Source: a virus | Lineage: Duplodnaviria; Caudoviricetes | Length of the DNA stretch: 64,000 nt | Strand: one strand, 5' to 3' | IMG/VR virus record: IMGVR_UViG_3300024272_000023 | In this document: in pieces, positions 20,125 through 31,800 of the stretch | How positions within the stretch are numbered: position 1 is the first letter of the stretch | Layout: every line of letters starts with the position of its first letter | Program-made: the position numbers and the translations under genes | The notes under the pieces: generated by a model | Seen by the model: the letters and a program-made list of their open reading frames with translations, nothing else | Databases searched by the model: none | Told to the model about the DNA's origin: nothing

Positions 20125-23100
20125 TGATGTGTCCGCAGTATATCCAAAAGCTTGTACTGCTGAATCAACGAATCGGTTGCTTGAGAAACATCTGTAAATT
20201 CACTAACATTCATCAATATTTGAGTGCTTTCAGCAAATTTAACAGCATCTTCCATAGAATGGCCTAGACGGGCCCAGTCCGCTGTAGAACTCACAACCTT
20301 CTGAACCGTACTGCCAACCTTGTCTGCAGTCTTCGCCGCAGTCTCTAGGAACCTATCATAAGTTTCTTCTGTTTCGTTCGTTACCTTCTTAAGTTCTGTT
20401 AATGCAAGGTCGATATCTCTTACATATTGAACACCCTTCTTCAACTCATTAAACGCCTTAAAGATAATACTTGAGCCACTAAAGTACGTAAAGATTTCTT
20501 TTGTCTTACGAGTAATCGTTTCGATAATCGTCTCCGTCTTCTTGATACCAGTACGCAGCATACTTAATCTGCCTGTAAGTGGATCTACCGTCGCACTCCA
20601 AGTTGCAAAAGTATTTGCTGCAATCTTGGTCGTGCCAGTTAACTCGCCCGTCTCATCCTTGAGCCCTTTAATAGTCGTCTTACCAGACGAAGCATTTTTA
20701 ATCGCCGCAGTGATATTATTCCAATATTCCCTGGTACCAACAGCGCCAAAATTACTTGCGTCACCAAGGTCAGTTACATTGTCTCCGCTATACTTTTCAT
20801 GAATCTTCAGATAACCATCAACCTCGGTCTTAAGTTCTTTAACTTTCGATATCTGTTTGCTTAGATTATCTCTATCCTCAGCAGACGCTTGGTCGCCCTT
20901 CTTGTCAATCTCATCGCGTAACATACGCAACATCTTGATCCGTTCAGACAGCTCTTTAGCTTTGCTTTCAATATCCTTAAAAATACCCTCGGTACCAATA
21001 GCACGCACAACCGTCTGGTCACCAGCATTAGCTGCGGATGTCGCTGCATTAATACCAGTCGCTCTTTGGGCATCTTTGACTTGCTTCTTCCATGCGGTCT
21101 CAGCATCCTTATCGTCTTTCTTTTTCTGTTTATTTATCTCTTTTTGCGCCTTTTCGGCATCCAACAATCTTTTCTCGGCATCAAATGCTACGCTATACTT
21201 TTCTCTTAGACTAGCACTTTCGTCCATTGTCAACTTCAAGGACTTTCTTTTTCTAGATATCTCTTCTTTGAGATTTTCAAGCATAGCCTTTGTTTCAAGA
21301 TTAGCATCACTTGCAAACTTAGCCGATAATTTACCAAGAGTTTTATAATCATTGATAAGCGATTTCATCATGTTGGAGCGGGCAGCCTGTGCTTTAGCTT
21401 CGGATTCTACGGGTTGCGCATTCGCCTGCTTAATAGCTCCTCGTGTAGCAATAACACCTCCCTTGGCGATCTTGCCGTCAATAGACTCCAAAACAGACTT
21501 AATTTCTGCCAATCTACCATCAAGAGCTGTACCGGCTATTGCATCAACGTTCGAAGGTGCAATGGCTCCAATCTTGCTGGTATTAGTATGAATATTATCA
21601 AGCACACCCTTGACTGTTTGCAGCGTATTTTCAAGTGCCCAAGGCGCCTGCTTCGGTTCTGAATCATTTTGTTGTGTTTGAGGATTAAGAATATTTGCAA
21701 AAACCTTAGTTAGTGTTGATTCAAGAGTAGAATCTTCTAATGCAATCTTATTTGCTGCCTTATCACTATCATCATGTGCAATCTTCACATTATACACAAT
21801 CGAATTAAGAAGTGTTTTAAGTTCCTCTGAAGCTACAGACGCATGTTCTTCGCTTCCGCCAGTTTTAGCATTAGCCAATTGACCACGAAGATCAACCATC
21901 TCTTCCTGCATGCTTGTCATTGCACGGTCATACATGTACGCCCTATCTTCTGCTTCCTTAGTTCTCTGATTTGCCTCTACTAGTTCTGCTTCGACGGCTT
22001 CTGTTACATGTCTTTCAGCAGCGGCCTCATCTTGTGCAACCCGCTCTGCTAGCTCAGCTTCTTCGCGCTTTCTATTTGCCTCAATAACTTCCGCATCCTT
22101 TGCTTCGAGTTGTTGACGCATGTTTTCAAGTTCCGCAGAAGATGCGTCTCCGGTACCGCCGCCAGGCGTCAATTGCTGTGTTTTTTCTAGGCTCTCATTG
22201 AGACCATTAACGGATTGTTCGGCAGCAATAATCTTTTCACCAAAACTTTGCCATTGTTTTCCTGGAATATCTAAAAGGTTTGGTGCAACTTCTTCTATCT
22301 TCTCGCCTACACTAATTAACTCATCATATTCAGAATCATTAAGACTGTCCCTATTTTTAGTTAATACTGCATAGTTTTTTATCAACTCTTTAAGCTCTTC
22401 ATTCGCACGAGCAAATTCATCATCAAGAGATTCGGTTTTTATATCTTTATTCCTTGGTTGTGGCTCGTTATAAATATTTGCAATAGGCAATTCTGGCATT
22501 TTAATTGATTGCATAACCCCGGGAATACTTTGCAAGACTTCCTCTAAATCCTGTCTCAACATAACTTGGACGGCCTCTTGTCTTCCCTGGAGCGAACCAA
22601 ACTTGTCTATTTGCTCATCATAACTCATTGCTTTAACTTGTGCGCTCAACTTTTCATCTAAATCTCTGTATTTTTCGATGACTTCCAAAAGTTGAGATGG
22701 GTCTAACTTAGAAAAATCGAAAGCGAGTAATTCTTCACCGGCTCTAATGCCAAATTTCTTTATGTATGATAATTGCTTAAACCACGTTTCGAAATCGGTG
22801 ACAGAAGGAGCCGCCGTCTTCCAAGAATGCGAATGTACCTCCATGTCGTATCCAAGCTCAGACATCTTTCTTGATGTTCCTGGGTCCATAGTAACGCCAT
22901 GGGGGTCTCCAACAAAGAGTTCACTCATATTGCCAGTTTGAGTATTAACAAAAGCTAAAGATTCATTTTTTTTGTCTGTTTTTTCAAATTCGCCCTGGAA
23001 TTTATCCATCGCCTGCATCAATCCGAGCTCTTCTTTGCGAGCGTTGGCAGCTTTCTCTTGAGCTTTGGCTAATTTTTCTTCTTCAATGCGTTGTCTTTTC

Positions 23101-24659
23101 AGACTTTCTTCTTGTTCTTTTTCTGCCAATATCCTCTTTTCCGCTTCTTCTCGCGCTTCTTTTTCCGCTCTCGCTTTTGCCTCCGCCTCTTCTCTAAGTT
23201 TTTGAGCATTAGCAACATCCTCTGGTGTTAGAGCCCCGGTACCGTCCCCTCCAGCTCCACCCAGTCCAACAGGCGGTTTTCCTTCACCCATATTAAGAAT
23301 GCTTTGTAGCATATTTTGAGCATTATCAGCCATAGGCTTCAGTTGTTCATATAACGGCGTAAAAGGATTATTCTTTTTAGTTATCTTGTTTGAATGAGTT
23401 TTGTTTGCTGTTGTCAAGTAAGATTCATATAGTCTAACATACTTAAGCAACGCCCGATATTCTTCTACCCAATTTCCGGATTCTGCCGCTTTCTGATATT
23501 GATCATAAAGAGCCTTAATTCCTTCGCTTGATTTAGAAGGATCAAATTCAAGAGCAGACGCGATGTGCTTTACCTGTCTATCATCAATTCTTTTTTCTCC
23601 ATCAACACGAAGTTTGTTATACACCTCTTCAATTTCATTTAATGTTTTTAAGCCGTTGTTTTCATTTTTTACAACGGTCTCAACGGCGCCTCCTGCAGTT
23701 TGTATCGATTTAGTAATTTCAGATATTTGAGCATCAATCTCTGACATTCGATTCTCAACGGCGCTTAATTCCTTTTGGCTTTTGTTAATCGTGCCTGCAA
23801 ATCTCTCCCATCTGTCTCCTATGAATTCGCCCGCATTAGTTTCATAAAACGGAACGAGAGGATTTTTACCAGCTTTATACGCCTTCTCTTCATATGCCAT
23901 CCTATCTTCGGTAACATGGAAACCATCACTGTCGTCGTACTCTAATAAGCCATATGCCGCCCGTATACTTTCTGGCACCTTTACTTCTGTTTTTTGTAAT
24001 GACTTACGCATTCTATACAAATCATGATATATTTCCTGTGCCTCATATAGAGCTTTTATATACTCCTGAGAATCTTGGCCCTGTTCTTTTCCTATGTCGC
24101 TTAATTGTTTTGCAGTATTGCGAAGACTGGAATACATTTCTTTTGCTTTTTGTATAATATCTCCATCAACATTCAAAGACTTAACGGTCTTGTCATCAAA
24201 ATCAATTAAGCTATCAGCCTTGCCCTTATTTGTAACCTTTTTATTAATTTCGGCCTGTATTCTGGTACGCTCTCGTTTTAAATCAGCTTGTTCTAACCGC
24301 AGTTGTTTTAAGGACTCCTCAAGCCCGGCCGTTGAAGCACCACTTATTCCGCCAGAAACAGAATTCCATGCGTCCCAGAACGACGTCGCCGCAATCTTAC
24401 CCATTTCTGCAAACATAGCAGGAGGCGGCATCTCGATTAGATCTGCAAAATTAATGCTCTTATTGCCCGCCTTGGTAAAAATCATCTCAAACGCCTTAGC
24501 AAGATTCTTCAAACTTGCAATATTCTCTTTTGAATTTAAATCAATCTTAGACGCATTATCAAATATGTCGCTAAGCTCGGTTATAAGTTCTGATTTAGAT
24601 TTCTTTTCAAGTCCAACGGCCACGTCTAATATATGTTTAGCAACTACATTATTATCCAT
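20094..24659 (-). CDS. tape measure protein, N-terminal part, containing a JAMM/JAB-like domain
   Basis: Ends with the start of the TMP core (IDLALTELKKVT...STADWARLG...NVSEFTDV); internal E...HSHSWKTAAPSVTD. Confidence 0.8.
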   Translation of the reverse strand: MDNNVVAKHILDVAVGLEKKSKSELITELSDIFDNASKIDLNSKENIASLKNLAKAFEMIFTKAGNKSINFADLIEMPPPAMFAEMGKIAATSFWDAWNSVSGGISGASTAGLEESLKQLRLEQADLKRERTRIQAEINKKVTNKGKADSLIDFDDKTVKSLNVDGDIIQKAKEMYSSLRNTAKQLSDIGKEQGQDSQEYIKALYEAQEIYHDLYRMRKSLQKTEVKVPESIRAAYGLLEYDDSDGFHVTEDRMAYEEKAYKAGKNPLVPFYETNAGEFIGDRWERFAGTINKSQKELSAVENRMSEIDAQISEITKSIQTAGGAVETVVKNENNGLKTLNEIEEVYNKLRVDGEKRIDDRQVKHIASALEFDPSKSSEGIKALYDQYQKAAESGNWVEEYRALLKYVRLYESYLTTANKTHSNKITKKNNPFTPLYEQLKPMADNAQNMLQSILNMGEGKPPVGLGGAGGDGTGALTPEDVANAQKLREEAEAKARAEKEAREEAEKRILAEKEQEESLKRQRIEEEKLAKAQEKAANARKEELGLMQAMDKFQGEFEKTDKKNESLAFVNTQTGNMSELFVGDPHGVTMDPGTSRKMSELGYDMEVHSHSWKTAAPSVTDFETWFKQLSYIKKFGIRAGEELLAFDFSKLDPSQLLEVIEKYRDLDEKLSAQVKAMSYDEQIDKFGSLQGRQEAVQVMLRQDLEEVLQSIPGVMQSIKMPELPIANIYNEPQPRNKDIKTESLDDEFARANEELKELIKNYAVLTKNRDSLNDSEYDELISVGEKIEEVAPNLLDIPGKQWQSFGEKIIAAEQSVNGLNESLEKTQQLTPGGGTGDASSAELENMRQQLEAKDAEVIEANRKREEAELAERVAQDEAAAERHVTEAVEAELVEANQRTKEAEDRAYMYDRAMTSMQEEMVDLRGQLANAKTGGSEEHASVASEELKTLLNSIVYNVKIAHDDSDKAANKIALEDSTLESTLTKVFANILNPQTQQNDSEPKQAPWALENTLQTVKGVLDNIHTNTSKIGAIAPSNVDAIAGTALDGRLAEIKSVLESIDGKIAKGGVIATRGAIKQANAQPVESEAKAQAARSNMMKSLINDYKTLGKLSAKFASDANLETKAMLENLKEEISRKRKSLKLTMDESASLREKYSVAFDAEKRLLDAEKAQKEINKQKKKDDKDAETAWKKQVKDAQRATGINAATSAANAGDQTVVRAIGTEGIFKDIESKAKELSERIKMLRMLRDEIDKKGDQASAEDRDNLSKQISKVKELKTEVDGYLKIHEKYSGDNVTDLGDASNFGAVGTREYWNNITAAIKNASSGKTTIKGLKDETGELTGTTKIAANTFATWSATVDPLTGRLSMLRTGIKKTETIIETITRKTKEIFTYFSGSSIIFKAFNELKKGVQYVRDIDLALTELKKVTNETEETYDRFLETAAKTADKVGSTVQKVVSSTADWARLGHSMEDAVKFAESTQILMNVSEFTDVSQATDSLIQQYKLLDILRTHQWKLLTRSIL

Positions 24660-24671
24660 AATCCCACCTCC

Positions 24672-25196
24672 TTAATTCATTCTCTTAATTTGCTTTGCAA
24701 AAGAAGTTATAATGTTTTTATGAAATGTTGTATTTGCATAATTATTTAAGTATGTTGTCATATGTTCGGTTGGCGAAATAGCGTCAACGTTTTCATAATA
24801 GAACGCCTCGCCCGGCTTCGAGTTACCATCTGTAGCAGGATGAACACCGCGAAGATAATTATCTAAAATCCACGAACTATCGGTCGGACGGTACCTTTTT
24901 GACCCATAATACGTACCCTCTATCCGTGCCGCATCATATTCTACACCAACACTACTTGTTATTTTATCTTTATCTTGTTGAATCGTCAGATATGGCACGA
25001 TTGCTCGCCACAAACTGTCGGTACGTTCGTAGCTCGTGGGGTCATACGAGTCATAATAACGCTCAAGGCAACTCATAGATTCTTTATATATATCTTTTAC
25101 CGCCTCATTAGAAGCATATTCTACTGCCTCTTTCAAGGCGCTCTCGTAATTCTTCATCAATTCGTCTATGGCAGACTCCAATGTTCTCTTTGCCAT
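24672..25196 (-). CDS. putative tail completion/assembly protein
   Basis: Position immediately upstream of TMP; YYDSYDPTSYERT motif; strong RBS. Confidence 0.5.
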   Translation of the reverse strand: MAKRTLESAIDELMKNYESALKEAVEYASNEAVKDIYKESMSCLERYYDSYDPTSYERTDSLWRAIVPYLTIQQDKDKITSSVGVEYDAARIEGTYYGSKRYRPTDSSWILDNYLRGVHPATDGNSKPGEAFYYENVDAISPTEHMTTYLNNYANTTFHKNIITSFAKQIKRMN

Positions 25197-25213
25197 ATCT
25201 AACTCCTCCGTAA

Positions 25214-25786
25214 TTATTTAATTTTATCTAAAAGACCAATCAGATTGGTCAAATCTTCTCCCTTAATATCGGCGCCAAGAATGTTCTTCAAGTCAAAATT
25301 CTCAAACTTATCCTGGATCACCTCGAGCACTCCATCAAGCACGTCGGAAATCTTATTCAAGAAGCGGCCAACAAGTGCATTTGTACAATTATCCTCCAGC
25401 TCCATTTCGAGTACCATCTTGCGCAGAAGATCAATCTCGTCGTGCGAACCCTGGAACTGCGCTATAATCTGCGGAAGCAATCCGCTTTCAGCAAGCAGGT
25501 CATAATCTGAAATAGGATTTGTCGAGAACTTCAAATTGGTATGAGCCATAATAGAAGCCGCAATAAGTGCAATATAACCAGAAATGGAATCATACTTCTT
25601 AATACCATCAACCTCGGCTATATTCTGCGCCGCCACCATCTCTGCGATTTCACGCTTAGTGCTGAACGGTACATACTCCTTAACCTCCAACTCCTTTTTG
25701 AGCCATTCAATTCTCTCCTTATCGCCCTGCTTAGTGTTCATAAATTTCTTTGCTTTGTAATTCTCGCAAAATTCTTTAATAGTCAT
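25214..25786 (-). CDS. putative tail assembly chaperone
   Basis: Acidic helical 190-aa protein upstream of TMP; AAAGGAG RBS. Confidence 0.45.
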   Translation of the reverse strand: MTIKEFCENYKAKKFMNTKQGDKERIEWLKKELEVKEYVPFSTKREIAEMVAAQNIAEVDGIKKYDSISGYIALIAASIMAHTNLKFSTNPISDYDLLAESGLLPQIIAQFQGSHDEIDLLRKMVLEMELEDNCTNALVGRFLNKISDVLDGVLEVIQDKFENFDLKNILGADIKGEDLTNLIGLLDKIK

Positions 25787-25832
25787 AATTATTTCTCCTT
25801 TTTCTCAATAAAATTTAATCATTTTGTATTGT

Positions 25833-25858
25833 AGGGGCAGCTTCTGCCGCCCCTTTAT
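25833..25858. terminator. hairpin after the giant fibre gene, flanked by two CAAAATGATT motifs
   Basis: AGGGGCAGC-ttct-GCCGCCCCT. Confidence 0.55.
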
Positions 25859-25859
25859 T

Positions 25860-28800
25860 TTAATCATTTTGCATTGTTTCTAATTTATTTTCAAGTTCTT
25901 CTACTCGTTTCTTGAGTTTCTGAATCTCATTAACACATAAAGCTATGAATTCACCATATCGAAGTCCATAACCCTTTGAACCATCATTTTTATCATACTC
26001 TATATATCCAGCAAAATCAGATGTTGATATGTTTGTTTTTTGTAATGCATCTCTAACATCTTGCGAAATAAATCCTATATGATATCTATTACTATCGTTA
26101 ACATTAAACTTATATCGCACAGGCTGTAGTTCGTCAAAGAATGTTCCATATTGATCTGGAATGGCCTCTATTGAGTTCTTTTCATTTCTATCAGACAACG
26201 AATTAAGATCAGATTGTACACACCAAATCTCTTTCCATCTACTATCCTGAGTTCCTAATGTATACGTAGTCTCACCGTTCTTACCAGAAACAAAGTTACC
26301 ATTACAAGTTATTTTATTTACGACTGAAGCACTAGGCTGGATAAAGTCACCAACATAATAACTCACGCTATCAAATGTTTCCACCTTATATCCTCTTTGT
26401 ATCAAATGTGGAACAGTAAATGATTTACTACTTGCTCCAGGTTCAAAGGTTACATAATGTGATATATTTATATTATTAGTATACCACACAGTTACTCGAA
26501 ATGTCCGACTTTGCAAAGGGGTTCTCTTGTGTAATATACCAGTACTAGGATCCTTAAAATAAAGACTTACACCAATCTGAACTTGACCTTCGTCCCGTAC
26601 TTCCTCTGGAGTTATTATCGTCAGCCCTAACTGAATTGGAATGCCATAGTCAAAAGTTCCTTCTTTTATAATCGTGCTTCCTGCATGAACCTCCACTTTT
26701 TCAGATGGTGTTTCTGAATCATCTAAATCTAAAGATGTCATTTCGTTCATACCTGATATTATGCTTGTTTTTACTTTGGGCGACCCCAACTCTTCTGTCG
26801 CACTTACTTTCTTTGTCATTACTTCTCTTGAATTGGAATCCAAAGTTAATCCACCGTCTTTGGAAGTTATTAAGCCTTTATATATTGATAACGCTCCAAA
26901 ATGTCCTTCTGTGGCATTAACCGTTCCATTAATACTTGCTGCGTTCGCATACAAGCTACCATCTTCAAGGACTAAAAAATTCGGGAGTATTGGACCTGTA
27001 GGTTTCTTGAAAGCAGAACCCGCAAAAATACGAGCATTAGAAGTTGTATTGGGATTAACTATAGAAGAAAAAATGCTAGTTAGTACATATCCCCACGTTA
27101 CAGGACGTTCGCTGTTGTTCCAAGTGGAATCCCAACTAGACGGCTGAGGCGTTGCCTCACAATATATCATACAAATAGATAAGTCATCAGTGGTCATTCC
27201 GCATGAAAATGCATTGGCCCCCATAGTGCTGACACTATCAGGTATATACACTGTTTCTAGGCCGGAGCAATTCCAGAACGCCTCTTTGCCGATGCTTGTT
27301 ACGCTGTCGGGGATCACTACACTTGTAATGTTTGCTTGATAAGCAAACGCCTTATCACCAATACTTGTGACACTATATTCTCCTATTTTAAATGGAATAT
27401 TAACTTGACTAAGATGAAGTTTTAATTTCGTTATCTCACATGTCTTATCATCATCATTTTTTTCAATCTCAAAGATATCTTCATATGATAATGATGACAA
27501 TGATGATGAACAAAGTCCCACATGACCCATTAGTTCCGTACCTGAATATAACATATCCTCTTCAATATGCCATCCGCCAATAGTGCCGCCAGTGGCATCA
27601 ACATCCCTAGCAACCACATTTCCATTTGTATCTACGATAAATTTGTCAGCGACATTAATAGCCTTGCTGTATGTACCACTATCAATATTATCAGCCGAAA
27701 GGGTTAAACTGGTTGCATCGATTTTACCGCCATTAATAACAGTTTGACCGTCCTTGTTTGTTGTTAGCCCATTTATTGTATCGCTCCAGGATTTAAATGT
27801 AGTAGTGCCATCCACACTAATCTTATCTCCCCGAATCGTCACACCTTCACTGGAAGCATTAATACAAGTAATAACATTATCTCTTCCTACCATATCCTCG
27901 GGAGCAGGTGTCCAGTCTGTAACACTGTTGCCCCTTTCAATTTTTATATCCGTAACATATATCGGATATTTTGCATAATAGCCTTCGGCATCCGCTTCGT
28001 AGGTAAATACACGAAACCGCGCATTTGTCATATCTGTGTGTTGCGAAGAAACAGTCCAATGGTACCTTTCAGGAACAGAAGTTACTTCCAAGAATTTTTG
28101 TGGTAATGTATCTGGCCATAAATCCCAGGTCAATTTTTGTCTTGCCGTTGTGTCTGTGGTTTCAAGCCAAGCCGTGAATGAAACGGTATATTCTGTGTCA
28201 GTTTCCAAATCCAAATCCTCGGAGTGACAAAAAATATCATAATTAGTAGTCCCACCAGCACAAACAAATCCAAAACCGGACTTGCTATTTTTGTCAATAG
28301 CTATTGGCGCGGTATTCTTGCCGTCAACAGTCAAAGAATAGTCGGATTTTGCAATTAGATTTCGTCCGCCGGCACTAACAACGTCTTCTGGGGCCGGTGT
28401 CCAGCTAGTCGCTTTATTTCCCTTTTCTAATTTTAACTCGGAAAACTGGATTGTGCCTTTGTAATAATTATCATAATAAAGTTGAAAACTTAGATAATAT
28501 CCAACGGCATTTTCTTCGACAGCGAACGTTTCCGCAAAATAAACCCAGTCTGTGGTATCGGCTGTCGCAATAGGTGTATTGATGCCACCAGTCCAATAGT
28601 GAGAAAACTCCGAATCAGTTGCATTCGCCTGTGATCTTACGTTCAACGATATGAGCGAACCGCCGGAAGTTGCGGTAGTTGCGGAAGTTGTAACCTTCAC
28701 TTTGCCGCTGAAGGTGTATGTGCTACCAGCTTCAAGCGTGTACAGCGCAATCGCGCCGGGGTTCATAAAGCGGTAATAAATCTCGTTTATAGAAGTATTT

Positions 28801-31800
28801 GCATTTAGCGTTAAAACGCCGTTCTCAACAGAATAGCTATCCAAACCAATTACTCTTGCGCTACTTCCAACAAGAGTTATATCTTTGTTTCCTCCTGTGT
28901 TAAGAAGCAAATTCCTACCACCAATTTCAATATTATCAATAGCACTGTCTATCGAGCCCTGTATTGAAACCGAAAATGTCTCATTAACTAATAAATTATT
29001 GACATCTATTTGGTCTGCAGTAATAGTGCGGGTCGCAATATTCGCGCCATGAATGGTGGTACTCCCTAAAGTGCTCAAATCGGTCATCGTAACGTATCCA
29101 TTAAGATTAATATGGTCCGCCTCAATTACAACCGATGAACCTGCATCATTAACCGCAGTAACAATTGACGCCGCAGTTACCTTACCATCTTCTCCGACAC
29201 TTTCAACGACCTGTGCAATACTTGCGCCAGCATTATCTGCAGTCTGCTTAATATTTGCTAGATTATATTGACTACCGCCAGGATCTGTTTTCCAGGATGT
29301 TATACTTTGAACTTCCGATGCGGTATCTGATAACCACGCACCAAATCCGGCAACACTACCGTATGCGTCAACAACCTCGGCAACAATACTATTTGTATCC
29401 TGTCTAACCTGACTCACAGCTCTGCTCTGAGAATTACCTGCCAGTGTGGCAACAACGACCCAATGATACTGCGTAGCATTGCTTTCATCAACATACGATT
29501 CCCACTTATAAAGAGTATAAGCTTCATAGGGAGAAGTGACGTTGGCACCGTTAGTATACCAATAACCAAAATTACCGCTAACAGTTGGCTCTGTTGTGGT
29601 AAAATATACAGCCTTAGATGAAGTATTAACTTCACTTGTCTCCGTGTAATTTTTATCAATGGTAATCCATCGATATTGATCGCTAACTTTGCCCCACTTA
29701 TATAAATACTGCGGAGTAAAGCTCCTTGTGTATTTTTGAACTGCTTTATCGACATCTGTATATTCATATTCTTCTGTGACACTTACGGTTGGCACATAAA
29801 TCATACCCTCTTCAAGCACACTCGCCGCTTGCTCTAAAGTAAAACCATAAGCCTGAGAATGTGGTCCAACGCTATATTTATCCATATTTGATACAGTACT
29901 CTGAATATAAGCACCGTTAGCATCTGCCTTTTGTTCGATACGGGCCATAGAGGTATTGGTATCACCTTGCCAAGAAGTCAAACTGTTAATGCTTGAACTG
30001 GTCGCATCAGTAACAACTTGAATACCAGCAATTGAAGCCGGCAAACCTGCGGTGTAAGCATCAGCGGTTTCCTTCCAACCTGCTTCATAATATCTATATA
30101 CCTTATCCACAACAATATAATAAACATGGTTTGTGTCCACTTTACTATTGTTTTGTAAAGCGGCCCACGAAGATGTCCTTGTCCATGAATTACCACCCAC
30201 ACAATAAGCATATTTTCTAGTCCCGTCCTCTTTAAAAGCATAAATCTTAGAGGTATCTCTGTTCTTATCAACCCATTCGGGCATAACGACATATTTGCCA
30301 GCAACACGGTTAGAAACAAGAGAAACATTTGATTCATTCTCCTTAATGTATGTATTAAGTCCGGCAAGTCCAGTAACTGTTGTACCATCGTTTTTGGTAA
30401 ATTCATGATTAACAATTGCACTTAATTCTGATGTATTATCATTAACATCTGCTACCAAGCCAGCAATTCCGCTGTTGCCGCTATCACTATTGCTATATTG
30501 CGCCAAAGTATTAATGCTAGCGGAATTTGCATTTGCCGTTGCTGTTATACCTGCGAGAGCAGTATTGGTTTCATTTTTCCACGAAGTTATTTGTTCAATA
30601 CTCGCCTTATTAGTATCCGCCGTTGCTTTAACTCCGGCAATTGTCGTGTTTAATTCCGTATCTTTTTGTGTCAATTGTTCAATACAAGCCTCATTTGCAC
30701 TAGCAGTTTGTTTAATAGAAGCAATGCTCGAAATATCGCTTTCTACCTCTGATTTCCATGAAGCTAAAGAACTAATACTAGATTCATTGACATTTGCCTT
30801 TTGTATAACGGCTGCGATAGATGTGTTAGCTGTGCCCTGCCACGCAGTAATTGATTCGATACTAGTTTTGTTAGCATCAGCCTGTTGCTTGATTGAGGTA
30901 ATGCTCGACACTTCATCTCCTACATCAGATTTCCAGCTCGTTAGAGTTTCCACAGAGGCTGTATTCTCATCCACCTGTGCCTGCAACCCCGCAAGATTGT
31001 CATCAAAGCCCGCTAAAGCCGAAATAGAACTCTTATTTTCATCAACCTGTGCTACCAAACCAGCAAATCCAGTTTTGCCGTCTTTTTCATACGAAGCAAC
31101 TGCAGAAAGAGCAGCCTCGTTGGCATTAGTCGTCGCCTCTATTTCAGTAATAGATGTCGTCGTCTCGTCTTTCCACGCTGTCAGAAGAGTAATATTGGCT
31201 TCGTTTGCATCTGCTTTTTGTTCGACCGAAGCAATACTTTCTGCCATATCCTCGGGGGCTGGAGTCCAATCCATTACCTGATTTCCTCTTTCAAGTTTTA
31301 TGTTCCATAAGTCATAAGTTATTACCATGTCAACACCACGGTTGGGCTGTATATAAATATTTTCATCGCTTAAAACTTCTGGATTCACCACGAAGGTTAA
31401 AATAATATAATGCTCCTTAAACGGTTTATCTGTGCTTCCGTCCTCATCTAACGGGATTCCATTCCCATAGGCTGAAAGCGATGGCATTTGAACTCCATCC
31501 AAAATGATTTTTGAAAATATAAAATCAGCACTGTGACCTCCGATATTTTTTAATGTACCACTAGTGCCCTGAAAGAAATAACTAAGGGTATAAGTTTCTT
31601 TGCTTTTTAATATCTCCTGGCTTATTCGTGTGCCATGGTATCCTGCATTTTTGGTAATATTCCAACCTTTTTTGGAACCATTATTTATAGTATTATTAAC
31701 GGTTACGCCAGAGTGAGTAATGAACTTATCACAAGCAAGGTTTTTACCTCCGATAGAAAAATTGTTTTGCCACGTAGTTACATTCTTAATACTGGCCTTA

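Noticed and set aside
20094-20300. Intron or intein interrupting the tape measure gene
   Set aside because: The two halves join with a single-base shift, leaving no intervening sequence
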